From Andalucia godoyi And28 (Eukaryota; Protista; Jakobida): a DNA stretch of 37,372 bases. The notes below the pieces were generated by a model, which searched no databases, was not told the origin of the DNA, and saw nothing but the letters and a program-made list of their open reading frames with translations. Within the stretch, counting starts at the first letter, position 1, and each line of letters starts with the position of its first letter. The stretch covers positions 250,367-287,738 of the forward strand of contig VRVR01000035.1 in NCBI GenBank assembly GCA_009859145.1, in the 5' to 3' direction. Shown here in pieces: positions 10,401 through 20,285 of this stretch. The position numbers and the translations under genes were made by a program.

Positions 10401-11598
10401 ATTGTTGCACGCATCGCTGCTTCCGCATTTGCTGATTTTCGAGGAATTTGCAGAAACTGTTTCTGGAAAAGGCTCTGGTGTTGGTGCTCCGAACAGCGTT
10501 CAGAATGGCGGTGCGGATAATGACCTGTACTCGGCTGCAGTGTTTGCCATTGCCATGTGTGTTATCCACGTCCCGCATGCCATCGAAAAGCGGACTATTG
10601 GACTGACTTCCCTTGGCCTTTCGAGAATTCTGAGCGCTCGCAATGAGTACTACGTTGCGGCGCTTTCCATCCTTGGTTTGGGATACAAGCACTGGCAGTA
10701 CTTTCTTCCCCAGCCACTTCAAATCGCGGGGGAGTTGTTTGAGCTCTGCGTTCCCCGCTTGGAACTTGCGGCAGGAGTCGGTGGCGCGTCTGCTTCCGTT
10801 TCGACCCCCAGCAAGCCAGACGGAAAGGACCTGGACTACTTGTACGATGCCGTCTTCCCGTCTCTTGCATCCATTTTTGCGTCCGACCCTGTCTTGTTCA
10901 CGCAATGGCAACAGGAGATCTACGCAAACGCTTCGCTGGACAAGGTATTAGCAGCGATTACCGCGACTGTCGCAATTATCACGACATTTTCCGGTATCTG
11001 GGCAAAGCATCTTCCCGTGGTCACGGAGAACGTGCTGAAAGCTACAATGGATCCTAGCAGACCGCAGGTACGCAAGTCTTGTTTGCGTTCGGTTTCAGCA
11101 GCAATTCGTGATATCTGCACTACGTTTCCAATGGCTGCTTTTCATCAGGAACGTCAGCGACTGGCAGTTGGTGATATGAATGGTGTCGTGCGTGTTTGGG
11201 ATCTGAAGACAGCGCAGCTTTACCAACAATGGAAAGTGCATGTCAAAGGGCCGATTGCAGCCGTGTCGTTCAATGCTTCCGGAGACTGGCTGGCCTCTTA
11301 CTCGCTTGGAGAACCTCTTCCGCGAATATGGCGAGCCGATACTGTCTTGCTTATCGGCACATCGGCCCCTTCGTCATCGCAGCAGTCCCAGATTGGGTTC
11401 GCGAGACTGCAAGCAATTGGAGATGTCCCGGATGTTGCTGCGCGATGTGCGCCGTCCATCGACTCCGTCCGCATTGCATGGCGTCCCCAGGACAAGTCAG
11501 TGGTCCTCCGCGTTAAGGAAAAGGATGCCGATCCAAACGTATCGACTGGCAGCGTCGTCTCTGAAATCGTCTTTCGCTACCCCTCCAACATTGCATAA
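7435..11598 (+). CDS. WDR7: WD-repeat protein of the WDR7/WDR72 (Rabconnectin-3 beta) family, 1387 aa, intronless
   Basis: The N-terminus LPLVFWYGAPAHTITC...VFTGSSEGNIALW and C-terminus FPMAAFHQERQRLAVG...HVKGPIAAVSFNASGDWLASYS match the characteristic WDR7 termini; multiple WD40 repeats lie between. Confidence 0.85.
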   Translation: MSLRLPLVFWYGAPAHTITCATLAADNETVFTGSSEGNIALWRIVRKSSSSAAASAAPLQGLTIATTGLMPAPEVRVVAILSFRLSPIIGICRGVYGSRDVIISASEDGFLAVWNMDGSRVYSSATLLPAFPTIVKAVPNHSSCIVVGFASGQISIIDIQRQLVLQTLSGHSDSITSMSLPATPRAGIIPNETERPSTFTMFTGSRDCTIRFWTVSQSSVVGCVVLNLPHDRVPRFLDSSFSYGELLLVGFYDRWLVYSFPELNLICRHLLPKDRAENPVFHLKGGLFYDPDHVMIFSRNQECVVYSIVGNASALFSTVSSSDGSSDAARRPDLSMVFSQLGRISLSKTLLDATRMLVFGSLGLENQSRTYPSSLQSSNLPSPRGGSGVHSPSMEGFGKHSGSRLDMASAEDAKTENATGTVKEMSSKRRASTRVRDSMTKKVSKQGFFEDVIVLDDLNETFQDDPNADVTAVRDGHVEIGRFSTSGPIRTAVCIPSTDSALIMLENGSIASVNVEDSNLQSSKKEYPLGACFQHSFFDSQRDRRLVTCSTTTSTLESAVPFLVHGFDNGDLCVEHIPSFAISSSTSPVSSGSLSVTWTGHRCAISCLRILNFRGKSLLLSGSLDGNVRVWSLADAALSASAAFSNVGSSSNGFLVSHWSHAGKVVMLGPAPNQAEYFYSLSTTDRSLVLYSLSSFEIVHKFYGHDSDLLAVFWRPAEDFVEMYGAEDVVHVWQISTGVLERMITGSSARELLRYALGTGMVYPLFLRDAPKVMALADNNPSSMSIGGAGILANQHTHLPLSRFLLDIDQVLTTIAQYTRLKANLPMSLRVALSLLLSDFMDVYENGDKEFAYMQHMGIVTTIRKPCYAYADAVVNYVPTAFERKRDGTVSDDLRVWQLSPRFAALHVFSVFAALKTMVNRRNFTVECLALIDSFLGNRLLLSDNFSKSSGDYFLIWATYLFSASSRYFSLASDLIKTVLSMLSESQLRLLHASLLPHLLIFEEFAETVSGKGSGVGAPNSVQNGGADNDLYSAAVFAIAMCVIHVPHAIEKRTIGLTSLGLSRILSARNEYYVAALSILGLGYKHWQYFLPQPLQIAGELFELCVPRLELAAGVGGASASVSTPSKPDGKDLDYLYDAVFPSLASIFASDPVLFTQWQQEIYANASLDKVLAAITATVAIITTFSGIWAKHLPVVTENVLKATMDPSRPQVRKSCLRSVSAAIRDICTTFPMAAFHQERQRLAVGDMNGVVRVWDLKTAQLYQQWKVHVKGPIAAVSFNASGDWLASYSLGEPLPRIWRADTVLLIGTSAPSSSQQSQIGFARLQAIGDVPDVAARCAPSIDSVRIAWRPQDKSVVLRVKEKDADPNVSTGSVVSEIVFRYPSNIA

Positions 11599-11810
11599 AA
11601 CACGAAACATCCTGAAACATCAATCCACCATCCCTCCCGCACCTGTCTCACATCCTCTCGAGCTCGCTTGAGTCAAGCGTCGCCTGCTTCTCTTTTTTGT
11701 GTGTATTGCGTGTGTGTGTTTGCAGTCTTTTTTATAAAATAGACATAAATAAGTATAAATAAACAGGTATTTGCCGATATCACCTGAAAATCGCTGTAGG
11801 CGTCGTTTGA

Positions 11811-12911
11811 ATGTCCGTAGCAAAGATCGCAGAGATCCACTTGGAAAACGGTGCTGTTGCATCGGCTATTGCACCAGGATTGCAATGTCCAAGTACGATG
11901 TGGCTTGCTCTGGACTCTGGAGAACTCTTGCGGCACGACTCTCGGACGAACCAGACGACGAGCACACTGTCCATTGAAATGAAGGCTGGAGAGGACGATG
12001 ACACAGAAATTCCCACGATCGCAGCCATTAGCGATTATGTGTTTCTGGGGAATGGACCACGGGTTTTGCAGTATGATGTCCGATTTCCTCTGAAGCCGGT
12101 CCAGGTGTTTTCCGACGCTGCCGACGACATAAACCATGTCCACGTGTCGTATGATGGACATTGCATGGTCGTCTCGTCCGACGATGGAGCCATCTATGTG
12201 TACGAGTCGACGGATGAGTCATCGTTTTCGCTGGAGAGAGCGATTGCGGAAGCACACGAGAATCTGATCATGGCTACGTTCACACATCCGGATAACTCTC
12301 GAATTCTCATTTCAGGAGGGATGGATCGGCTGCTGAACATGTGGGATCTTAACCAGGACGATGACCACGTGCATTTGCAAGCATGGAATACCCTGTCGAA
12401 TCCACTGGGGTCAATTGCGCCTGGTCTTGTTACATGCATGGACGTGACGGACCAGAGGATTCTCGTTGGATGTGTGAACGGCAATGTGCAAGTGTTCAAC
12501 TTGATGGATGTTTCCAAGCTTTTATCGCGTGATGAAGTTCGCCCCGCGCAGTACGACGATGCCCGTGCCAGCGCACCCGAGGACACGCAGGCCGAGGTGG
12601 AAGAGCTCGTTGTTGGTGTTGCAGACTATGAGTCCCACTTTGCGGCTGTTTCATCGATTTGTGCATGCTCGGAATCGCCCTCTGGAAACACAACAACGTT
12701 CTTGACCGCCAGTAATGACAAGCAGATGTGTTTGTGGAGCATCAGCAGTATGGAAACCCCCGTCTTGTCTCGAAGCGCTTCACACCAGTTGCCCGGACGC
12801 GCTGTCTCCATGTCCCGGTCTTCCGGATGCTCTGCATTGTCTGCCATCCAGTCGATTGCAGTATCCTCTGATAATTCCTTCGTTTCCTTCTTCCATGTTC
12901 ATGATTCGTAG
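11811..12911 (+). CDS. WD40 repeat protein, WDR53-like
   Basis: 366-aa ORF with DDINHVHV...SSDDGAIYVY, AHENL...ILISGGMDRLLNMWDL and FLTASNDKQMCLW repeats; the spacing resembles WDR53. Confidence 0.7.
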   Translation: MSVAKIAEIHLENGAVASAIAPGLQCPSTMWLALDSGELLRHDSRTNQTTSTLSIEMKAGEDDDTEIPTIAAISDYVFLGNGPRVLQYDVRFPLKPVQVFSDAADDINHVHVSYDGHCMVVSSDDGAIYVYESTDESSFSLERAIAEAHENLIMATFTHPDNSRILISGGMDRLLNMWDLNQDDDHVHLQAWNTLSNPLGSIAPGLVTCMDVTDQRILVGCVNGNVQVFNLMDVSKLLSRDEVRPAQYDDARASAPEDTQAEVEELVVGVADYESHFAAVSSICACSESPSGNTTTFLTASNDKQMCLWSISSMETPVLSRSASHQLPGRAVSMSRSSGCSALSAIQSIAVSSDNSFVSFFHVHDS

Positions 12912-13445
12912 CAATCGATTGCCGGGAGCTACTTTTTTGGTGGACTGGGAAAGCAGCAGCCTGGCAACTCGTCCTGCCGTAATTTAAACGCCTACATTGT
13001 ACACTAACCACGAATGATCATCGCGGATCACCCATAATCAATGTTGCAACCCAACAACATGCATAATGCAACGCGGCGGTGTGTTTATAAAGGTATTTCA
13101 TGATCAAAATGGGGCGAAACGAATCGGGCATCGTGTGACGAAGTTGTCAAGATAGCAAAACGCATGCGCATGGCGCGTGGCAGTGGTTTTGTTTTTTACG
13201 TGCGCTGTAGATTGCTTTAACATTTCGCAATAAGTGGCAACGGTTTTTGAGAAGCTTTTGAAAAGAAGCACGATTTTACTTTATTTTATTTTATGATTAT
13301 GATTATTTTTATTTTATTTTTTGTTGGAAAGGAAGGCGAGAAGAAAAACAACAACAACAGAAAATATATAAAGAAATATACATGCATACAGAATAGGAGA
13401 CAGTCAGACTCCAAAACGGTGTTCGGAGTGCGTTTGCTGGCAGCC

Positions 13446-14198
13446 ATGCATCGGGATCTTCGTGGCATACAGATGGAACTTCAGTGTGCGATGGAAAGCC
13501 AAACTTCGCTGCTGCAGCCCGGTTCATCTTCGCACAACGATGCACAGCCACTAGCACAAAGCCCTCCTGGGAATGTCGTCCGTTCGCTGGAATCCGAGGT
13601 ATCGCGGCTTCGATCCGACAAGGTGAAGCTTATGGAGTCTCTGATGAATGTGATGAAGGAGCTCACATCGTTTCGCCAGCAGATGAATCTGCTGCAGCGT
13701 GCGCAGTTGGCCGATCGGAACTTGGCCGAAGAGTGTATCAAGCTTGCGGCTGAAAACTCGATGCTTGGGTCGGAAAATGACAACTTGAAGCAGCAGTTGT
13801 TGCAGTATTCCGTCACGTCTCGTGCGCCGCCGACTCGCGAAGCAGTCTCGCGGCGCGATGAATGGTCGTTGACGGATGTGTCAGATATCGATATTCCATT
13901 GGACAAGGCGCCCGAGGTTCGAGCTCTCCTTTCCGAGTCCGAAGCGACGAAGAGAAGGCTTGTAGACGACGTTGAGCGATACCGCCGTCTCAACGAGTCA
14001 TATGCCACCGAGATTCGAGTTCTGCGGAGCGGACTCAGCGCTGACCACCGCGCATCGCCGATCGACGTGTCTGCTTCCTTGGAACTGCACATTCGGCGCC
14101 TTGAATCCGACAATGCATCTTTAAGACGGCGGTTGGCGATTGCCACCTCCAATGCCAATACTCAGAGGATGATCGATCCAACAGAAGACATGCAATGA
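13446..14198 (+). CDS. Coiled-coil protein of unknown function (~250 aa)
   Basis: Open frame 13293-14198 with heptad-rich segments (LESEVSRLRSDK, LAAENSMLGSENDNLKQQL, LELHIRRLESDNASLRRRL). The upstream part of the ORF is AT-rich and non-coding-like, so the start is placed at ATG 13446 (uncertain). Confidence 0.7.
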   Translation: MHRDLRGIQMELQCAMESQTSLLQPGSSSHNDAQPLAQSPPGNVVRSLESEVSRLRSDKVKLMESLMNVMKELTSFRQQMNLLQRAQLADRNLAEECIKLAAENSMLGSENDNLKQQLLQYSVTSRAPPTREAVSRRDEWSLTDVSDIDIPLDKAPEVRALLSESEATKRRLVDDVERYRRLNESYATEIRVLRSGLSADHRASPIDVSASLELHIRRLESDNASLRRRLAIATSNANTQRMIDPTEDMQ

Positions 14199-14551
14199 GA
14201 AGGTGATTCTCGGCGTCATTCATCTTTTTTTGATAATGGCGATTGTTGCGATGCCTGGAAGACGAAGGACCATCGGGCCGGGACAGGCCGTGCGAGCGAG
14301 ACATATGTACTCTGTGTATTCTGGTGGAATGGGGGGGGCTTGGATCGTGCCAATCGCTACCAGCAGCACATGTGCAATGCAGATGTTTTTTCCATCCACC
14401 TGTCGTAATGCACCTGCGTCGCCCTGTTCATCGAGTTTGGTTCGCGTCGACCCCCGTCGATTCGAAGTGAGTGTTTGCCAAGTGGACCCAAAGAAACACA
14501 AATTGGAAAGGTTTGTCTCGCAGAGAACTCTGTTTCTTGGTCGCTCTCTCA

Positions 14552-14587
<36 letters not shown>
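14552..14587. repeat. Compound microsatellite (CT)8(CA)10
   Basis: Read directly from the sequence. Confidence 0.9.
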
Positions 14588-14700
14588 ACTTATTACGTGG
14601 CAAGTGTATTTTTTCACAACGGTGTTTATCGTGTCCAGCACAGCCCACATCGTTTCTTCATTCTGGATAATTTTTTCCCTCCTCCTTAATTAATGAAAAA

Positions 14701-15279
14701 ATGATGCATCTTTTGCGCTTTGACGACAACAAGAGTATGTCTTTGTCCGCGTCAATACGCTACGCTCCCAATTCTGCATACAACCTGTGTGGTTTTGTCT
14801 GCCTGATGTCGTATTGATTATTATTGTTTATAATTGTCTATCGCTTACTGGTTGTTTTGCGATGTTTTTTTTTTAATATTATAGAGATTGGAATGGGTCT
14901 GACAATGTTTGGACTGTTCTTCATGTTTCTTGGAGTGCTTTTGTTCTTTGATGCTGGTTTGCTTGCAATGGGAAATATTCTTTTCCTGTCTGGAATTACG
15001 TTTCTGATTGGATTTTCGCGGACGATTGCGTTCTTTGCACGGCCTCAAAAATGGAAGGGCTCGGCAATGTTTGGATTTGGGTTTCTGCTTGTGCTGTGGA
15101 AATGGGCATTGATCGGAATGGTCATTGAAGCTGCAGGATTCGTCAATCTCTTTGGGGACTTCCTCCCCACTGTTTGGCGAACAGTTCGGTCTTTCCCGGT
15201 ATTGGATATGGCTCTCCGCGTCACTGGACTCCGGAGATTCTTTGACTCGCGTCTTTCCAGTTCCTTCCTTCCATCATGA
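14701..15279 (+). CDS. GOT1: Got1/Sft2-family vesicle transport protein; exons 14701-14734 and 14885-15279
   Basis: Spliced N-terminus MMHLLRFDDNKKIGMGLTMFG, LLFFDAGLLAMGNILFLSG and EAAGFVNLFGDFLP are GOT1 hallmarks; intron GTATGT...ATAG (14735-14884). Confidence 0.92.
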
Positions 15280-15398
15280 GCATGCAAAAGTGCATTCTCT
15301 CCCGGCATTGTAAGAAAACACACACACAAAACCACTGTCATGGATCACAGTGTTACACTCACGGACCCGCACACACACCCACACCCGAACACACACAC

Positions 15399-15448
15399 AT
15401 CATCATCATCATCATCATCATCATCGTCATCATCATCATCCTCCTCCT
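15399..15448. repeat. (CAT)n/(CCT)n trinucleotide tract
   Basis: Read directly; lies in the GOT1/CFAP77 convergent intergenic region. Confidence 0.85.
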
Positions 15449-15794
15449 CCTTATATCCATATTATTAAATGAAATTACGTTTTGTTTGAAATTCTTTTTG
15501 AATTAAAATTAAAATTGAAAAAAGAAGAACACAAAAGGAACGCAAGGGAAACATTCGTTTATCTCTTTCTCTACCACCACAACCTTCACCGTCACCATCA
15601 CCATCACCATTCCTTGCTTGTTCCTTCGTTGCATTTTGCTATTCTCGCGTCTTTTTCCATTCTGAAAAACATCATATAATTCTCATACTACAGGTTACAT
15701 ACATTCGTACCCTTTTTCTTTTCAGATGATGCGGTGTGTTTTCCTCGAATTGTTCCCCGCCGTTCTCGCTTTTCTCACCGCACATTTGAAGACC

Positions 15795-16559
15795 TCACGC
15801 ATGGATCTTGGAAGCGACGTTTTCAAATTTTCTCATCTTGAATTTATCTCGGGCCTCCTTTCTTTCCTGCTCTTTCTTGGCCTCTTCCGCTGCAACCCTA
15901 CGCATCCTTTCGGCTCTTGTTTCCGCGCTTCTCTTCTTCAACGATCCCTCCTGGGCAGCAAGTGATCGCTCCTGCTGCGAAATCTGTGACTGGACCCAGT
16001 CCAGCTGGTATCCGGCTTCCACAACGTCCTTCATCGGAGTCGACGGCCTGTTTGACATCCCATACCGGAACGAAGGGTCCTTGTCCGACGGCAGCGGAGA
16101 GTGGCTGCTAGAATGATGTGCACTATCACCGCCACGAACGCTGCCTCCACTGGTCCTGCTGCTGCTGATGCCATTGCTGTCGTTGCTGTGATTAGCAAGG
16201 TGCGATACAGGATGGCGCACAACATTTGGATGGGCCTCTCGAAAGCGCGCCTGGTCCGCTGCAGAAAGCGCACGCTCATGGAGTGCAAGTTTGTTGAGAC
16301 GGATGTAGTCGCGGCCAAGAGCAGAGTTGTCCTCGGACGACAGCTTGCCGAAATCCCAGCCGTTAATGCAGTCGCTTGCATGGAACTTGTCGGGGATGTT
16401 CGGCTTTCCATACGTGCGGCTCTCCTTGTTTGCAATCACATGGCCACGCGTCTTAGGAGCACCAACCGGAGCAGCAACCAACAAAGGATTGTGTTGTGCA
16501 GACGGCATGGATCGGCGAGAACCAATCAGATTCTTGTACTCGTCGTCGTACTTTGGCAT
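15795..16559 (-). CDS. CFAP77: Cilia- and flagella-associated protein 77 (DUF4483)-like
   Basis: Motifs NPLLVAAPVG, TYGKP, RDYIRLNKLAL, FRYGMSNRPSTPMKDVVEAGYQLDW and C-terminal FKMRKFENV match the CFAP77 family pattern. Confidence 0.85.
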   Translation of the reverse strand: MPKYDDEYKNLIGSRRSMPSAQHNPLLVAAPVGAPKTRGHVIANKESRTYGKPNIPDKFHASDCINGWDFGKLSSEDNSALGRDYIRLNKLALHERALSAADQARFREAHPNVVRHPVSHLANHSNDSNGISSSRTSGGSVRGGDSAHHSSSHSPLPSDKDPSFRYGMSNRPSTPMKDVVEAGYQLDWVQSQISQQERSLAAQEGSLKKRSAETRAERMRRVAAEEAKKEQERKEARDKFKMRKFENVASKIHA

Positions 16560-17865
16560 GCTCGATGGATATCAGTGTCAAAAAAAAAAAATTAATATAA
16601 AAAATAATTAAAAGATAAAACGAATCAGAAATTTTCTCCTCTGCGTTTTTCCCCACCTTTCTTCTTTTTTTTTTCTTTTCCTTTTTTTTTCTCTTTCTTT
16701 CTTTCTCTATTGAGAATATTCCACGTTTTTTGGGCAAAAAGAGAGGAAACGGAGAAGGGGAAAATGGGGCGGAAACGCTCTGCCAACGAGCGGTTGGGAA
16801 ATTTGGGACAGCAGAAAAAAGAAAACGCCGACGAATAATGACACGTCATTGTCATGCATACGGAAAAGTATCCATAAACAGACACGGTCGATACTGGTCG
16901 ACACTAGCACCTTTTGTTTCACAGGAATCGCTCGGCCAGAATTCAGCCGGTGACACATTTTCGACACCACTTAACGCAACATCCGTAGCCATCTATTCTA
17001 TCATTCGTTGGTTTCACTTTTTAATTCAAATACGGGCGTGGGTGCGCTGGGATGACGCATTCGCCTACGCCTACGCCGCTCGATACAGGGCCTCCTACGT
17101 CCCGCAGACCTACTAAGAGACAACGTGTCACTACACCTACTGCTAGGGCCGTCAGCATCAAAAAATGCACCCTTCTCAGGAACAACGTGTCACGCTGAGA
17201 AGGTGGCTCACAGATTGACCGAGATTGGGAACGGAGCGCGGAACATCTATCTGAAGAACGCCGTGAGGCGTGTTGGGGACCTATCCCCTTCGCGGCAACG
17301 GGATGCAAGATTGAATATGCATGTCCAGTGGACGGTATAAGCGATGGAGTGATGCTGGATGCAACGAGCGCTCTCCGCATGTGTTTTCCTTTCTGTCCTC
17401 TTGCGGGCATTTTTTCCCTTCCTGGAAGGCGCTCCGGCACGTTTTGCGGAATGCGGATTTCCAAACGTGTGTTGCCGGGCCACACAACTTCGCGCACTTG
17501 ATCTTGCAAATGTGTCGAGGTTTCCTTTCGACTGTCTATCCGGCGCCGTTGGGTTGAAGTCCAACAGCAGATTCAAGGCTACAGAGGGAATGCATAGAAA
17601 GTTCCACGTGTTTTTTTGAAAAAAATAAAACATAAATAATACAAATCCAATGACGAGGGGCTTCTCTTGCTACAAAAAAAAAAAAAAAAAAGAAAAAGAA
17701 AAAACACGACTCGCCATCCTTCTACCGCAATCAGCATCCCCGTCACTGAAGTTCTCCTTTTTTTGTTGTTTATTTTTTGTTTGTGTGCTTTGCATTCTTC
17801 AGAGACAACAGAAACAATAGCGCGGTTCTTCCAGGAAATCCCAGACAAGCTACCTTCCTCTGCAC

Positions 17866-18203
17866 ATGCCATTGGATGCACTAGAGTCGTCTCTGCGTCA
17901 GCGGATTACGCACTTTGAACGCAACACCAGCACACTACCTGCGGAAGAGAGGATAAGGCTGTTCGCAGACCTCGTCACAGTACTCTCGGCCCAAGGAGAC
18001 ATCCGAACTCTGCAGGAAGTCCAAGAACAGTTGCACTCTGAAATCCAGTCCGCAAAAAGAGCCCATAATCGATACGGGTGAGAGAGCACAAATCGCGTTG
18101 CGCAGGTTGCAGTGCTCTTGTACATCTGTCACCAGAATATTGTCTCCTTTTTTCCCCTTTTTCTTTCTTTCTCCGCAGCCAAAAAACATCTCCCACTTTT
18201 TGA
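17866..18203 (+). CDS. Small orphan protein A; exons 17866-18077 and 18179-18203 (ends HNRYGQKTSPTF)
   Basis: 71-aa helical ORF; the GG|GTGAGA donor and a strong polypyrimidine TTCTCCGCAG acceptor define a 101-nt intron. Shares a motif with ORFs at 18991 and 20285. Confidence 0.6.
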
Positions 18204-18990
18204 TTGGTGATGTGTCGTAAAACGCCATCCGTCATTTACCGGTACCATCTTCCCTTGCTCTGATTCCCGTTTGTTGTTTGACTGCCGCGGGGGTGGAGGG
18301 GGGAAAAAGTTGCCTTCTCGTACTGGATGCCAATCAGCGCCAGCAGCAGCAGCGGTACAAAGAGAAGTCGTCGTGATGGGAAAAAAAAAAACATTTAAAA
18401 AATGCGCCTCTATTTGTGCTGCGAAGCTGGGTGGTGTTTCCTGCGTCCATGTGTTGGCTCCGTCTTCCGATGTCACATTTATCCCCGGTGGGCGACAAGT
18501 CGTTGCAGACCGCCGGCTCGGCAAATTCCCGCCAGCTCCCGGGTGACCAGAAAGCCGGGGTAAGAACCAGGATGCTCTGAGTCCTGTTTACGTCAAACAT
18601 GCGAGCAGAACTCCTTTCGACCTCAAGTTTTCGTGTTCCAGTGGACGTCTATCCGTGCGGGAGTCGGGAGCAACGGTGCAAGTTGCTCAATCACATGCCC
18701 CTCCCATTCGCCAACGCCCTTTGGAGACGCTCACGAAATTTGTCGCAGTCGTTCCGCCTTTTTTTTCCTCTCTCCTCTTCTTCCTTTCCTCCTTTCCTCC
18801 CTCCTTTCCCCTCCTTTCTTCTTTCCTTTCTTTCTTGAACAGACACCCGCTCCTGTTTTGTTTTGTTTTTGCGTTTTGTTGTGTGTTGTATTCGTGTCGT
18901 CCTGTGTCCAGCCGTAGCGTATCGAAACGAAAAACGAAAGGAAAAAAGAAAAGAAAAGAAAAAGAAAAGAAAGAAAGAAGAAGAAAAAAT

Positions 18991-19494
18991 ATGAATACCG
19001 ATCAGATGATGCATGTTGGCGCAGTCCATGAAATCGAGGGAACTCTCAAGAACCTGCATATCAGTGTTGGCGATACCACGTCTCCTCCCGCCTCTGCACA
19101 CTCGTCTCCCAGCATTCATCCGAACTCGAACTTCACATCCACCCGTCGTTGCTACAACAGCCCGCCCTCAGCATCCTCGTTCCAGTCCCCGCGGTTCACC
19201 GCACGTCCGTCGGACATGCTGGGCAACCAAGTTGTACTTCAGCGGAGACTGTCCACCAGTCCCCCGGAGGCGCTCGAAGAGCTGTCTCAGGAGTTGATGC
19301 GCCGCTTTGAAGAGTTCTGCAAGAACCCATCCGGGTTTTCGATTGAATCCAAACTGGAGCTGTTCGAAGAGTTGGTGGCGATGCAGGCAATTACGCAGCC
19401 CAACTCTTTACCGCAGATCCGCGACCGCATCACGGATCGGCGACAGTCGAACCCCCTCGCAGACAACTTTGTTGACCATCCTCAAGGATACTGA
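18991..19494 (+). CDS. Small orphan protein B (167 aa; SP-rich N-half, helical C-domain)
   Basis: The ATG follows an A-rich leader, the coding-like composition is flanked by low-complexity DNA, and it shares the FxxNP..FS.E...LF motif with A and C. Confidence 0.7.
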   Translation: MNTDQMMHVGAVHEIEGTLKNLHISVGDTTSPPASAHSSPSIHPNSNFTSTRRCYNSPPSASSFQSPRFTARPSDMLGNQVVLQRRLSTSPPEALEELSQELMRRFEEFCKNPSGFSIESKLELFEELVAMQAITQPNSLPQIRDRITDRRQSNPLADNFVDHPQGY

Positions 19495-20012
19495 CACACT
19501 TCACAGCCTGCCTGCGATGGCGCAACCATGTGAATATGTTCGTTTCGTTTTCTTCTCCTTCATCTCTTTCGACGCACTTTGCAGTTTATTTCATTTATTA
19601 CGATCTTCCTTTTCGTGATTTTTCCCTTCTTCGCTTCTGCGTGTATGTGCATGTGTGCGTGTGCGTGTGCGTGTGTGCGTGCATTGACAGTGTTATTAAC
19701 AAATGATAATAATAATGAATAAAAAATGACAAGCAACTACGCACACACTCTCTCCAGTCAACGTTTCGTGAAAATGGAGACGCAGCACAGCCAAAAAAAA
19801 AAAAAAAAAGAACTGGATGAAGAACGATTATTTATTTTATTTTACTTGTCGAAATATTTCATTAGAATTCGGTTCGAGGTTGCTTCGATGTTCGAGTCGG
19901 GCATGCGCATTACACCCACGGTGATTATGATTCTCATTGGTTTGTCCATGCATCTATATCACGTATGTACATTTTGGATGGAGCGTGGTTCTTTTTCTCG
20001 GAATTTGTCCAT

Positions 20013-20285
20013 TCATCGGATGTATGGTGGTGAAGACAGTGATGCATCGTGCAGGCAGTCGAACATGCGCTTCTGGATCATGGGAACGAGTGCACCCTTT
20101 CCGCTCGCGACCAGCGCATCGGCAACAACCAGGAAGAGATCGTCCACTTGGTCGCGCGAAAACATCGCTGGGTTTTGTTCAAACTCCTTCAGCAGCGCAA
20201 TCACTTCGTGAAATGCAATCGGAGCTATCGGAGCTGCCGGTGCTGGGACAGAATGATTTGCGCTACGGGAGACTGTAAGCATCAT
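20013..20285 (-). CDS. Small orphan protein C (90 aa)
   Basis: The ORF contains LLKEFEQNPAMFSRDQVDDLF, aligning without gaps to proteins A and B. Confidence 0.6.
   Translation of the reverse strand: MMLTVSRSANHSVPAPAAPIAPIAFHEVIALLKEFEQNPAMFSRDQVDDLFLVVADALVASGKGALVPMIQKRMFDCLHDASLSSPPYIR

Noticed and set aside
7435-12911. Two adjacent WD40 genes as a possible tandem duplication
   Set aside because: They belong to different families (WDR7 and WDR53-like) and share only generic WD40 features.
12961-13260. Several short hairpins and a CACTAAC branch-like motif suggesting an ncRNA
   Set aside because: No C/D, H/ACA, Sm-site or tRNA architecture could be assembled by eye; an Infernal scan would be needed.
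14203-14690. Overlapping short ORFs between the coiled-coil gene and GOT1
   Set aside because: No motif, codon bias or consistent splice model; they run through microsatellite.
19870-19905. GTTCGAGTC T-loop-like motif
   Set aside because: The flanking bases do not pair into a T-stem and no cloverleaf forms; not a tRNA.
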